DNA of 64,000 bases, taken from assembly GCA_002269645.1 (NCBI GenBank), contig NIVC01000879.1, forward strand, positions 1 through 64,000, written 5' to 3'. This stretch comes from Macrostomum lignano (lineage: Eukaryota). Shown here one piece after another: positions 25,561 through 47,349 of this stretch. The translations under genes were made by a program, and so were the position numbers. How positions within the stretch are numbered: position 1 is the first letter of the stretch; each line of letters opens with the position of its first letter. The notes beneath the pieces were generated by a model, which searched no databases, was not told the origin of the DNA, and saw nothing but the letters and a program-made list of their open reading frames with translations.

Positions 25561-28500
25561 ATGTCTTCTTCAAAGTCATTCCTAGTAGACAGTCTCGTAT
25601 CGACAAGCAGCAGCGGCAGCGGCAGCAGCAAGGCCAGCCACTCCAGTTTCAATAAGAGACTGCAGCAGCAGCAGCAGCAGCATCCACCGCTCCTTCCGCC
25701 GAGCACTCAAGCTGCAGCGGCCGCGGCGGCGGCGGCGGCGGCAGCTGCAGCGGGTTTTCCCCTGGACTGCCAGTCCGCTGTCCTGTTCAACCACCTGCAA
25801 CTGCAGCAGCACGCCTTCAAGGCCGATCCGGCTCTTCATCACCATCAGCAGCAGCACCAGCGGATGCTGCAGCCTGCAGGATCGCCGATGAACTTTGAGC
25901 AGCAGCGGCAGAGCGGCGGGCTTCCACATCAGCAGATGCCGCCCCTGCTGCCTTCTTGGCTCGCAGCTGCCTATCCCTACCTGCCCTTTGTTACCTTGCC
26001 GCCTCCGCTGCCGCCTCATCATCATCATCAGCAGCAGCAGCAGATGATTCAACAACACGAAGACGTTTCGCTGTCGCCGCCTTCGCCGACTCAGCAGCAG
26101 CAGGTGGTTCAGCAGCAGCAGCAGCGGCAGCGCCAGATGGAGCTGAGTGAGCCGCCGCCAAGTCTGCTGAGAGTTCGGGACACTTTGAAGCGGCCGTTGC
26201 CGACACAGCAACAGCAGGAACAGCGGCAGTTGGACAGCTCTGCAGTTGAAGATGGTGAGCCGATTAATATTAATGATGGTTTGTGTTTGACAGGATGGGA
26301 GGGGTTTAGCGACTGGGCTATCTGACAGGATGGGAGGGGTTTAGCGACAAGCTATTTGACAGGATGGGAGGGGTTTAGCGACTGGGCTATCTGACAGGAT
26401 GGGAGGGGTTTAGCGACAAGCTATTTGACAGGATGGGAGGGGTTCGGCGACAGGCTATCTGACAGGATGGGAGGGGTTTAGCGACAAGCTATCTGACAGG
26501 ATGGGAGGGGTTTAGCGACAAGCTATTTGACAGGATGGGAGGGGTTCGGCGACAGGCTATCTGACAGGATGGGAGGGGCTTAGCGACAGGCTATCTGACA
26601 GGATGGGAGGGGTTTGGCGACAAGCTATCTGACAGGATGGGAGGGGTTTGGCGACAAGCTATCTGACAGGATGGGAGGGGCTTAGCGACAAGCTATTTGA
26701 CAGGATGGGAGGGGTTTGGCGACAAGCTATCTGACAGGATAGGAGGGGTTTAGCGACAGGCTATCTGACAGGATGGGAGGGGTTTGGCGACAAGCTATCT
26801 GACAGGATAGGAGGGGTTTAGCGACAGGCTATCTGACAGGATGGGAGGGGTTTGGCGACAAGCTATCTGACAGGATGGGAGGGGTTTGGCGACAAGCTAT
26901 TTGACAGGATGGGAGGGGCTTAGCGACAGGCTATCTGACAGGATGGGAGGGGTTTAGCGACAGGCTATCTGACAGGATGGGAGGGGCTTAGCGACAGGCT
27001 ATCTGACAGGATGGGAGGGGTTTAGCGACAAACTAAGCCCTATACCAAAGGCACTCAGTGAAGTGATCTGACAAAGCACAGCGAGTCACATTGGTCAGAC
27101 ATCTCCACCACCATGAAGTGGGTTCCGCGGGCGTCTGGTTAGCGGTGAAATATTGCAACAGCGTAAGCTTAGCCTAGCAGTGGGGTAATTGGGTCACGTG
27201 ACTCTGTCTGCCTTATTGTTGAAACTAAACTTGCATTTTTCAGCAGTTTGCTAACTAATAAAGCTCCCTTATCATCACTGCAGTGTCGGGGTCTCGTATC
27301 ACCCGCGCCTACAAGTCGCAAGCGAGATACACTTGACTTGAAGCCCCATTCCAAATTTCCCAAACCAATTTTCGGGAGAAAGTCTTAGAAGTGTTTTTAG
27401 AATTGTTGTTACCACAGGAAATTTCAAGCAATTGACACTTGAGGCTGAAAAAATCCTTAACGTATTCATGTTGGGGGGGGGTCGCAACACCAGTTTAGCG
27501 CACGCGGCGTCAAAAACCGTCTGGCACAATATCCCACAGCCACTTTTAAAGACATATTCAACAGCAGGCAATATAAGCATTGATGGTGGCACAAGACATG
27601 GAGCTCAAGGAATGAGGCAGGCAGGGGCAATTCATTGTTGCCTTGTATCGCAGAATCAATTAAACAAGCCAGTATATATTCTGCAAGCTATAGTTGAACA
27701 CTTCAATGTCGTTGAGTGCCTTCACTCAACAAGCGAGGTCACGCCTTTTATGCCTCACTTAGCGGAGCTTCTGAGCATAGCAACTACTCAACCGTTCCCT
27801 CAGAGCCTCCGACTCCAGCACTCTACTCTGTTATGAGTTCTGTTATGAGAAGTAAATTATTCTACAAAGAATTAAATTAGAAAAGCATGAATATAGTTAT
27901 TGTTGATTAGTTTGCCGGAGTTATTAGCTGACTAAAAGTATGCAGTCATGTAATGATTCAGTCACTGTAGTTCTAGACTGACATGGTTCTGTTTAAAACA
28001 TTGAAAATGGCACTTTTCCCAATAAACCAAAAATGGCACTTTTCCCAATAAATCAAAAATGGCACTTTTCCCAACAAATCGAATATGGCACTTTTGCAAT
28101 CTGAAATCTCTGCAAAATCGAACTTTCATTTCCAAGACTCAAATTCTAACAAAGAACCTGTGGCCACCCCCCCCCCACTTCATCAGCAGCAACATCGGCG
28201 GCCGACACCGACCAGCCAGAGGACCGGAACTCCAAGCGGATGCGCACAGCCTTCACCAGCGAGCAGCTGCTGGCCCTGGAGCGCGAGTTCGCGGCCAACA
28301 TGTACCTGTCCCGGCTGCGCCGTATCGAGATCGCTCGCTACCTGCGCCTGTCCGAGAAGCAGGTGAAAATCTGGTTTCAAAACCGCCGAGTTCGCTATAA
28401 GAAAGAGACGGCAGCCTCGGCTGGCTGCGGCGCCGGAGGGACCGCCTCATCGGCAGGATTCGAACCCGAGACCTCCTGTCGGTGCTGTTTGAAGGCTTCG

Positions 28501-28596
28501 ACCACCACTACGACAGCAACAGCAGCAGCCTCGGAAACTGTTGAGCTGGACGTGACAAAAGTTGAGATGGACGAAAATTTCGAGGACAATGTCTAG
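25561..28596 (+). CDS. Gsx: Gsx/ind ParaHox homeobox transcription factor, 2 exons, 367 aa
   Basis: Exons 25561-26254 and 28187-28596 (phase 1, 1104 nt). N-terminal [13 protein letters not shown] is the Gsx SNAG-like motif. Homeodomain [53 protein letters not shown] carries the Gsx-diagnostic [19 protein letters not shown] at 28884. Confidence 0.92.
26285..27033. repeat. 34-bp G-rich minisatellite in the Gsx intron, ~22 copies
   Basis: Unit GACAGGATGGGAGGGGTTTAGCGACAAGCTATCT. Confidence 0.97.
28003..28100. repeat. 26-bp repeat x4 near the Gsx intron 3' end
   Basis: Unit AAAATGGCACTTTTCCCAATAAA(C/T)CA; ATGG at 28007, 28033, 28059, 28085. Confidence 0.9.
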
Positions 28597-28982
28597 CCAA
28601 CTAAAATTAACAACCTTCGTCTAATGTTATATTTTATATTATAAAATATGAAATCAAATAATTAGTTGCTTCTTCATGTGTGCAGCTGGCTAAACAAAAT
28701 ATCAATTTGTTTTTTTAAACATCTGTCCTCTCCTGTATCTTATTGTTATATATCTGTGTATTGTTTACTTAAATGTCTGTGTAAAATTTAGTGCTATTAA
28801 TCTTTTCTGATGACTCTGCGGTACACCAATGTTGTCTCTTTTGCGGACTGGCTGCTTATTCATAAACCTGTGCCGACTTCTGTAATAAAAAATAAGAAAA
28901 AGTTCAAAATCAAAATTTAGTGCAACTTTGTGTTTAAATCGTTTTTAATTAATCGTTTTTTCTAAAAATGGCACAAGGTTCT

Positions 28983-29225
28983 AGGAATTCTGATATAGGT
29001 TTGCAGGAATTCTGCGCCATAGGTTTCCAGGAATGGCGCTATAGGTTTCCAGGAATGGCGCCATAGGTTTCCAGGAATGGCGCTATAGGTTTCCAGTAAT
29101 GGCGCTATAGGTTTCCAGGAATGGCGCTATATGTTTCCAGGAATTCTGCGCTATAGGTTTCCAGGAATGGCGCTATAGGTTTCCAGCAATGGCGCTATAG
29201 GTTTCCAGCAATGGCACTATGGTCT
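28983..29225. repeat. 22-bp minisatellite, ~10 copies
   Basis: Unit AGGAATGGCGCTATAGGTTTCC. Confidence 0.95.
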
Positions 29226-30861
29226 CCATCCAGAATCTTGGCCGTCATGTTGCTGCAAGTTACCAACGAGTCTCGCTCCCATGACTAATTTTTAGAAAGA
29301 AACTATTAACTATTTCCAGTTTTTTATGATCTTATTTTGCAGTTGGAAACAGAAATTACCTGTCATACACCTATAGGGTAAGGTTATATTTTACAGTCTA
29401 GAGAAAATTAAATGTCAATCTTTAAAAAATTAGGGATCTGATGGTGACATTTCTGTCTGTAAAAGATTTTTTCCCAAAAATGTGTTTCACTAATCCTCCC
29501 TGATTGGGATTTTATTGCTCCACGGAGCCCCTTGGCTTAATCCTCTTGTGCATCAGTCCTCTCGTGGGTTGGGGGGGGGGAGCTTTCTATTGCGTAGTTG
29601 GACTCCAACCTTAATCCCTTTTGATTCAATGGATTGGACCATGCAGTCCAAGCAGATTTTGACAGTGAAGTTACCATGGCAAGAATAAAATGTCACAGGT
29701 TGGCTGCATGAAGATCCTTCGCGTTGTTGGTTGGCTTTTTGACAAATTGTTGCAATTAATTCAAAGCATATGCGTCGGAACGTTCTAAAAAGTGGGGGGG
29801 GGGGGCGAGGTGGGCGGCCGGCCAGGTACCATTGATGCCCCGGCCCCACTATAAAAGTGGGCGGCCAGACCATGGATTTGGGTACCATTTTAACTTTAAA
29901 AGTGGTTTATGATTGAAAGTGACACACTCCGGTGTATCTTTAGGCGCTGGCGCTGACACACATACCTGAATGAGCTTCTCTGGGAGCACAAAAATGAATG
30001 CGGGGAAGATGTAAGTCGCTGTGATTAATTTTTCAAAAATATGGTTGCTATGAGTCAAACAGCAAACTGTTGTGTCAAGAAGAGCAACACGTGTGTACAG
30101 CCATTCTCCATCTCCGCAAAAACGCCTATAAGAAGGCAAACATGATAACATGTAAAAAACATCTCGGAATCTCGGTTTTTATCTCGGAATCTTAGCTAGC
30201 CGCCCCAACAGCGAATATTTGCCGAACTCCAAAGACAGTTGCTATGATATTGATTGTTGCTAATTAAGTTCGCGGTCAAACTGAAGTTTATAGCCATCAG
30301 TTTACGTTTGGGAATATATGAGCTATATGTGTTTTTTGTTAGAAAGAATCAGTTCAAAGTTTCATTCGAACAAACCCCGCCAGCACGTGTTAAGTATTTG
30401 TTATTCCATATCTTGTACACACGCAGACAAAAGCCGCGAGCCATGTCTGAACTGTTTGCCATGCTGTCTCATCCCCTTTTTTTCATTGAATTTGATCGCC
30501 GTCCTGTGGGATATGGGATCTGGGGATGTGGGTATTGGGCGGTAGGTGGCGGCGCGAATTGTGGACTCCCAACTGTGAAAATTGTAGCTGTTGTGTTTGA
30601 TAGAAATTTGCGAATAGTTTTGAAACAGAGAGCGGAGAGAACAGCGAAGTCGATTGTCTATGGCCCGCTAGTGGTCCAGGATCCCTATAATAGAGGTATT
30701 TGGACTGGAAACACTGCTCCGGCTCCGGCTTCAGCGTTCCGTTCGCATCTCTTAAATCAGGGGTCGCCCGCGGGCCACGTGCGAAGCTTCTCTACCCGGC
30801 CGGCTCTCGGGTCGTTTGAGCCTTCACAATTAGCAATCCGGACTGCTCAATGTTTGTGTTC

Positions 30862-31318
30862 TTCTCTCTCCTTCTCTCCTCTCTTCCTTCTCTCCTCTCT
30901 TCCTTCTGTCCTTTCTTCCTTCTCTCCTCTCTTCCTTCTCTCCTCTCTTCCTTCTCTTCTCTCTCTCATTCTCTCCTCTCTCCTTCTCTCCTCTCTTCAT
31001 TCTCTCCTCTCTCCTTCTCTCCTCTCTTCATTCTCTCCTCTCTCCTTCTCTCCTCTCTTCCTTCTCTCCTCTCTTCCTTCTCTCCTCTCTCCTTCTCTCC
31101 TCTCTTCATTCTCTCCTCTCTCCTTCTCTCCTCTCTTCATTCTCTCCTCTCTCCTTCTCTCCTCTCTTCATTCTCTCCTCTCTCCTTCTCTCCTCTCTTC
31201 CTTCTCTCCTCTCTTCCTTCTCTCATCTCTTCCTTCTCTCATCTCTTCCTTCTCTCCTCTCTTCATTCTCACCTCTTTTCTTCTCTCCTCTCTTCTTTTC
31301 TCCTCTCTCCTCTTTTCT
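30862..31318. repeat. CT-rich low-complexity tract
   Basis: TCTCTCC/CTTC units. Confidence 0.95.
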
Positions 31319-31789
31319 CCAAAACTTCTGATCCCTCAAATTTTAAATCCTTAAAACTTCAAAGTCCCCAAATGAGGTGGTTCTTTTTCGAAACACGTGA
31401 TATCTTCAAACTCCAGTCCAGATACATGTAGGAGGCCATGAAAGAAACCGCCAGCCGACGCGCTCGGCACGGCAATTAAAAAAGCAACTTACGGTTAACT
31501 TGACTCCTATTTCTGCCCTCAATGCGCAGACAATGGAAATCGGAATTGGTTTTCACGCCAGCCCCCGGGGGCATTAATTGTGTCCCTGATTCAGTCGGGA
31601 CGGAAGTCAGGAAACATCTGGACCTCGGCGGTTTGTAGCGCGAGGCGAAAAAAACCACAGCAGTTTTAGAAATTCTGAATTGCGGTATCATTTTAAGCCC
31701 AAACCTATAGGATTGGCCAAGGATCACCCGCAATAAAGAGAATTTGGATTGTCGACTTCTACTCCGAATGTCATCGGATTTTTTAACTT

Positions 31790-32260
31790 GAAATCTTGGG
31801 GATTTGAAGTATGTGGGATTTTAAGTTTGTGGGATTTAAAGTTCTTGTGGGATTTGAAGTTCTTGTGGGATTTGAAGTTTGTGGGATTTGAAGTTTGTGG
31901 GATTTGAAGTTTGTGAGATTTGAAGTTTGTGAGATTTGAAGTTTTTGGGATTTGAAGTTTGTGAGATTTGAAGTTCATGTGGGATTTGAAGTTTGTGGGA
32001 TTTGAAGTTTGTGAGATTTGAAGTTTTTGGGATTTGAAGTTTGAGATTTGAAGTTTGTGAGATTTGAAGTTTTTGGGATTTGAAGTTTGTGAGATTTAAA
32101 GTTTGTGGGATTTGACGTTTGAGATTTGAAGTTTGTGGGATTTGAAGTTTTTGGGTTTGCAGTTTGTTGGATTTGAAGTTTTTGGGTTTGCAGTTTGTTG
32201 GATTTGAAATTTGTGGGATTTGAAGTTTGTTGGATTTGAAGTTTTGGGGTTTGCAGTTTT
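31790..32260. repeat. 16-bp minisatellite
   Basis: Unit GATTTGAAGTTTGTG(G/A). Confidence 0.95.
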
Positions 32261-33129
32261 AGGGATATTTTGAAAAAGCTTTAACGCGCTCCAAATTCTT
32301 CTTCAATTTGTTCTCCTTGGCACTGGGGATGGCGTGACTCCAGCAACTTGATGGTCACCTGCTGTTTAAGTGTGCCGTGAAGCCCAGCAGCCAGCCAGCC
32401 AACACAGAGTTATTTGTGCGTGACAGCTCCAATTCTAGAGAATTTTCAAAGCAAGCTAGCAGACAGGCAATTCAACATGGTGAGACCTTAAGTATAGAAG
32501 GACGGCTGCGACAAACTTCTTGGGTTGAATTTGGCGTCTTGCCATTTTTTATTTGGGAAAAATATTTCAGTTTTATCTACAATAAAAGATTTTGTTCTTT
32601 TCCTCACAAGTAAACGGACCCCCTTTGAGCCACAGACAATGAACAGCAAGTCCTCAGTTGGCTCGGCGCTTCTGTCCGCCTTAGGTGTCACCCGCTGATC
32701 CCCTGGGCTTAAGCATATTAAGACAGAAATTGTTGGGATAGGAACAGATCCAAGCCGAGACCATGAATCTGTAGCAATAAAATGCGAACTCCAGAGATGC
32801 ATAAACTTCGTTGCCACTCCCTGCTTCTGGGAACTGATTTGATTGGGATAAAATTGTGCCGCATTCAACCCCCCTGGGGAGTTACCTGCTCCTGTGAAAA
32901 TTATTGAAACCAAATTTCACTTTGGAAATTTCATATAACGCCTGTCTAATGCTGAAACATTTCTGGCCGAATACAAAACTATTAAAATTTGTGACGACTT
33001 TTTCGTCTGGAGAATTTTAAGTAGGAACATCTGTAAGGTAATAAAAAATCACTGTGGATTTTAAAAGCTTGGTCACGGTGAAACAGCATTATGTATTGAT
33101 TGATCGTTTCCAGACTTGAGAGCAGAGAT

Positions 33130-33490
33130 GGGCCAGAGGAGAAAGAAGGCAGGAGAGAGAAGGGAGAAGAGAGAAGGGAGGAGAGAGTAGAGAGGAGCGA
33201 GGAGAGAGAAGGGAGGAGAAAGAAGAGAGGAGAGAGAAGAGAGAAGAGAGAAGAGAGGAGAGATGAGAAAGGAGAGAGAAGAGGGGAGAGATGAGAAAGG
33301 AGAGAAGAGAGGAGAGATGAGAAAGGAGAGAGAAGAGAGGAGAGATGAGAAAGGAGAGAGAAGAGAGGAGAGAGAAGGCAGGAGAGAGAAGAGAAGAGAG
33401 AGGAGCGAGGAGAGAGAAGTTAAAAGCGAGAACAGATAAGAGAAGAGAGAGAAGATGCATGCGGATCAGAGAGGGAGATAGTGAGAAGGA
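33130..33490. repeat. GA-rich low-complexity tract
   Basis: AGAGAGGAGAG units. Confidence 0.9.
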
Positions 33491-34149
33491 TATAAACAGA
33501 AGAAGTACCACAGGCAGATTCTGAGGGAGTTGCATTAAAAGGACCTTAGATGCTCGCCAGCAGCAACAGAGAAAGTGGGCAGGGCATACAGGGAGGCGAT
33601 GGAAGCGGAATGAAGCAGTGTGGGGATCCCAGCGGCACAGTTGAAGGCAGAGGTGCGTTAACGGATCAGAAATACAATGGACTGGAGCAGAACAATTGGC
33701 CAGAAGTTGACAGCGGGGGAGGAGCGAGCGGCAGACTCCGGGGGCGGACCTTCTGGAGAGCGCGTGCGACGCCCTGCTGACAAACTGCGGACGATTGAGC
33801 CGCTCTTCCGCTCAGCTTCCTTTTTCGTCAAGCTTCATCAATGATATCGTGTTGCGCAAGCAAGTGGTGGGATATTTTTATCCCACTCGGTCAGCCAAGC
33901 CACTCCTCCAGATCTCGCAGGTGTTAACCGCCCTCCCCGGTGTCCGGTTGTTTTTGCGAAATCAAACGCCGCGGGGGTCCCCGCCTCCGCTTGCTGACCC
34001 CCCCCCCGCTGTGCCGCGTCTCAAAGCCTGGGCCCCGCTCATTACTACTCGTCCTAGTAAGTAGTGCAAGTGAGTTTTCTGATACTAAATAAGACACAGA
34101 ATAAACTGCGTGAAAATGTTTTTTATTTAAATAAGAACGTTTGAACTCT

Positions 34150-34562
34150 GCCACAGACTGCCACTGACTCTGCCACTGACTCTGCCAGACTGCCACTGAC
34201 TCTGCCAGACTGCCACTGACTCTGCCAGACTGCCACTGACTCTGCCAGACTGCCACTGACTCTGCCAGACTGCCACTGACTCTGCCAGACTGCCACTGAC
34301 TCTGCCAGACTGCCACTGACTCTGCCAGACTGCCACTGACTCTGCCAGACTGCCACTGACTCTGCCGCTGACTCTGCCACTGACTCTGCCACTGACTCTG
34401 CCACTGACTCTGCCACTGACTCTGCCACTGACTCTGCCACTGACTCTGCCGCTGACTCTGCCACTGACTCTGCCACTGACTCTGCCACTGACTCTGCCAC
34501 TGACTCTGCCAGACTGCCACTGACTCTGCCGCTGACTCTGCCACTGACTCTTCTACTGACTC
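34150..34562. repeat. Mixed 12-bp / 20-bp minisatellite downstream of erg
   Basis: CTGCCACTGACT and CTGCCAGACTGCCACTGACT blocks. Confidence 0.95.
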
Positions 34563-34659
34563 TGTCCCCTCATTAATCAGTCAAATCTCGGCACAGAAGC
34601 TGTTACACCACTTGGGAGCTCAGCGAAATGGGCCTCCCCAATGTGCGCACGGACTGTCT

Positions 34660-44165
<9,506 letters not shown>

Positions 44166-45960
44166 TGCGGATATCCGGGTTGGACGGGGCTAAACTGGGT
44201 AGTGTATTTTTGGCGCAGTAGTGCTGCGCTGAAATTTCCAGTTTTTATCCAATCCAAATTTATGCAGAGTGGGCTGGCGTTGCCAATAAGCTGTGAAGAT
44301 GCTGGCCACTATGAAACTATCTGGGGAACTGTTTGTCTCTGTTCTTGCCGCGCCAGAGACGATAGAGGGATCCACAGGGTCCTCTACACGGGGACACAGA
44401 AGCGGGCCTGCATTTTTAATTTCTGGGTGATTTGAAACCAAGTTATGCTACAACGAACCATGACACCAAACAAGGTAAACAATGGATGTCTTCACTCCCA
44501 TTGTCCTCAATAACAATCAATTCAACTTCAACTGTCAAAGTGTCAAATTCCTAAGAATTGACCTTTTCACCCGTCAAAATGAACCTGTCATGTTTTTGCA
44601 AAAGTTGCCCATTTTACAAGCGCTATAAGAACCCGAAAACCTTCTGTCAAGTCTTTGTTATCTCATTATCGAGAGCAGAGTTATCGGCCGTTACTGATTA
44701 ATGGATTCCGTTGAGTTCTTGAATTAAAGGCCCTCCGTATTCCTAAGGGATTGGATAGGATCCTTTGGGCCGATTGGGCTAAAAACACTAAAAACTCCAT
44801 AGCATAGTATCTTAAAATAAAAAAATTGAGTTTCTATAATCCGAAAATTATGAACTTTTCGGTTTTAAGACTTGACACCATACCAATAAGTTTTTTTTTT
44901 AAATTGTAAAGAAAGATAACAAAGACGGTAACCTGGAGTAGTTATCATTAGAAGAATCACAGGAAACAAGTACACTGACCTACAAGTGTACTAGCAAATT
45001 AATTTTGTGTTGCCTTTAATTATTGCAACACTTCTAATTGCAGTAATTAACAGTAGAACTACTAACTACCAACAGTAGGCCTCCAACCAAGCGGAGCTTC
45101 TGGACCTTCAACAGGTGGCACCATGCGAATTTCTCTAGTTTCCCTGATCAAGCCTCAACTGCCGGACATCCTCAGCTAGTTCCTCAATTCCGTCATCAGC
45201 CCAACGCCGTCGGGAATCCCTCCTGGGCAGTTCGAAGTGAGGAAAATGGCTTGGTGTTCCTATTGTTAAAAGATACCAAGTTAAAAGAATCTGTCATCTG
45301 AGACTTGGATTTGAAATATTACGACCAATGTTGTGTCTACGAGAATTGTTCATCCTTGGCTATTGATTTAAATTCTCGCTGTAAACTAACCTTCCATTAA
45401 CCAATGCCTCACCAAAATGCACTCGCGACCTAACCAGATCTATTTCTCTCTCCTCTCTCTATACGGCTCGTATTCTGCTGATCGTGTGGTTTTGTATTCG
45501 TGCGTTTGATCAAATTTGGCCCACAGAAGTGAAAGAAGCCCACATCTATGGGGAGCTTTTGCTAATTAAACTGTTTGTTGGTTTCACTTTCTACCTATAT
45601 AACGAAAAATAATAAGCTCGTAAGGACTATTGATTGATTAAAATCCTGTTTATGTGTTTCTCTTTTATTCAAGAATGCTATCCGCCATCTCAACAGAAAA
45701 TAGAAACATAAGATTTCTTTCACCCAAGTGCTGTCTGAATAATTGAATCCTTAAATGCCTAAGAATAGTATTTCTGCTGATTCATCTAGGGGATTCAGGC
45801 CATGTTAATATAGAGGTAAATGGTTGAACTAAACGCTGTAAACAACTAGTGCCGAGTCCTCACTTCCTGGATCAAATGGTGACCTTCCCAGTCACAAACC
45901 ATTTTGTCTTTCAGTTCTTAGTCGGCTTCTTCTCGGCCGTTTCAATGTACGTTTGGTGGA

Positions 45961-46185
45961 TCACTTTCTGGTGGCTCGTCTGCGCTTCTTGCCGGCCACT
46001 GTAGAGGCGGAGCGCTTCAGCTTGCTGGTCCCCCTGGAGGCGGACCGCATCCTACTGGCCCCCTTAGAGGCGGAGCGTTTCCGCTTGGCTGGACGGGCTC
46101 GCTTGCGCGGAGTTGAAGCCGTCTGTCTCTCCGGCTTGTTATAAGTGGTGGCGACAGGTGACGGTTGTTGCGAGTGCGACCTCAT
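45961..46185 (-). CDS. Small R/K/S-rich basic protein, protamine-like / sperm nuclear basic protein candidate, 74 aa
   Basis: GC-rich single-exon ORF in AT-rich surroundings. 25 of 74 residues are K or R, three RSAS motifs, one acidic residue. Possible AATAAA at plus-strand 45664-45669. Confidence 0.5.
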   Translation of the reverse strand: MRSHSQQPSPVATTYNKPERQTASTPRKRARPAKRKRSASKGASRMRSASRGTSKLKRSASTVAGKKRRRATRK

Positions 46186-47349
46186 CCTGGGCGATAGCTA
46201 TAGCTTCAGCTGTTCAATTCGGTTTGATAATATTTTTTCTCTCGAAAGTTTTGAGCGTGCTTTTAAGGGCTTTAAAATCGTTTTTTGACCTGTTTTGAAT
46301 TGCGTAAAATAGTCTATGGTGAAATATTTTCGTCTTACAAAACTCTGAATATTTAACTTAGTACGTCTTTCTAATTAGTCTTTAGAATTAACAATCGCAT
46401 ATGGGCTTCTCCAGCTAGCACCAGTTGCGTATCATTTTTACTTGCTATTTTGCTCAGAATGTTTGCTGTTTATTATTTTCTGCAAAAATCATTCAGCAGT
46501 CGCTCAATCCGCAGAAACAGATTCGTTCTTATTGCATGCATCGCATATAGGTTTCTTCACAAAATTTGTAGTTTTCCAGTGTCATTAGCTTTGAAAGTAA
46601 CTGTCAATGCATTTTTGCTGGTTTTATAAGTTGCATTAAGGTCATTAGTTAACTTATTACTTTATTTTCACTTTGGTAGTTACGGTTCGTGGCTTTAATT
46701 CTCACGTTGCTGCAGATGTCAATCGGATCAATTAGTTTAGAATACGAGTATTCGCCATTTTTATTGAACTTGTTTCTACGGAAGAAAAGAAAAAATAGGA
46801 CATATTAATTTTTAAACGATACTATGCAATCATTTTAAATCTAAGACTGTTGAAAATTTTATTATTCAAGTAGTGAATCGTTGTTTTATTAGGTGCTTTA
46901 GCATCGATCGCCGTTACGGCGGGATTTTAAAGTACCAAATAGGAATTGAGTTTTTTAAATTTTCTGGCACCTTCACTTGGCCAGGACTACGACTCTTGCA
47001 CCTTGCACGCAGTCCTACAACCCACTCCCCCTCCCTCCTGTCCCTCACAGGCGATGAAATCGAAATATATTGATTAGCTATTTCAACGCACAAAAATGGA
47101 TAAAATATATTGAATGATCCATCTTAGATTCCTGACAATGTTAAATCTATTTATCAAATACTTTCAGACTTTAGTAATTAGTTTTATTTTATTTAAGAAA
47201 GTTATAATACACTACCAATAAGATGGAATATAGACTTAAATGTGTGCCATACTATTAGTCATTCTCCTTGCTAGCACAGTGATGTATTGAATATATTTCT
47301 TTGATTTATTTAGGTCATCAACTCTCAAACTTGTGTAACTAAAATAAAA

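Noticed and set aside
30254-31431. 366- and 193-aa ORFs
   Set aside because: Extended by a CT-rich low-complexity tract; no recognisable domain or splice context.
32690-32720. ACCCGCTGA...TTAAGCATAT resembling the 5' end of 28S rRNA
   Set aside because: Two short matches split by an insertion, with no further rRNA similarity.
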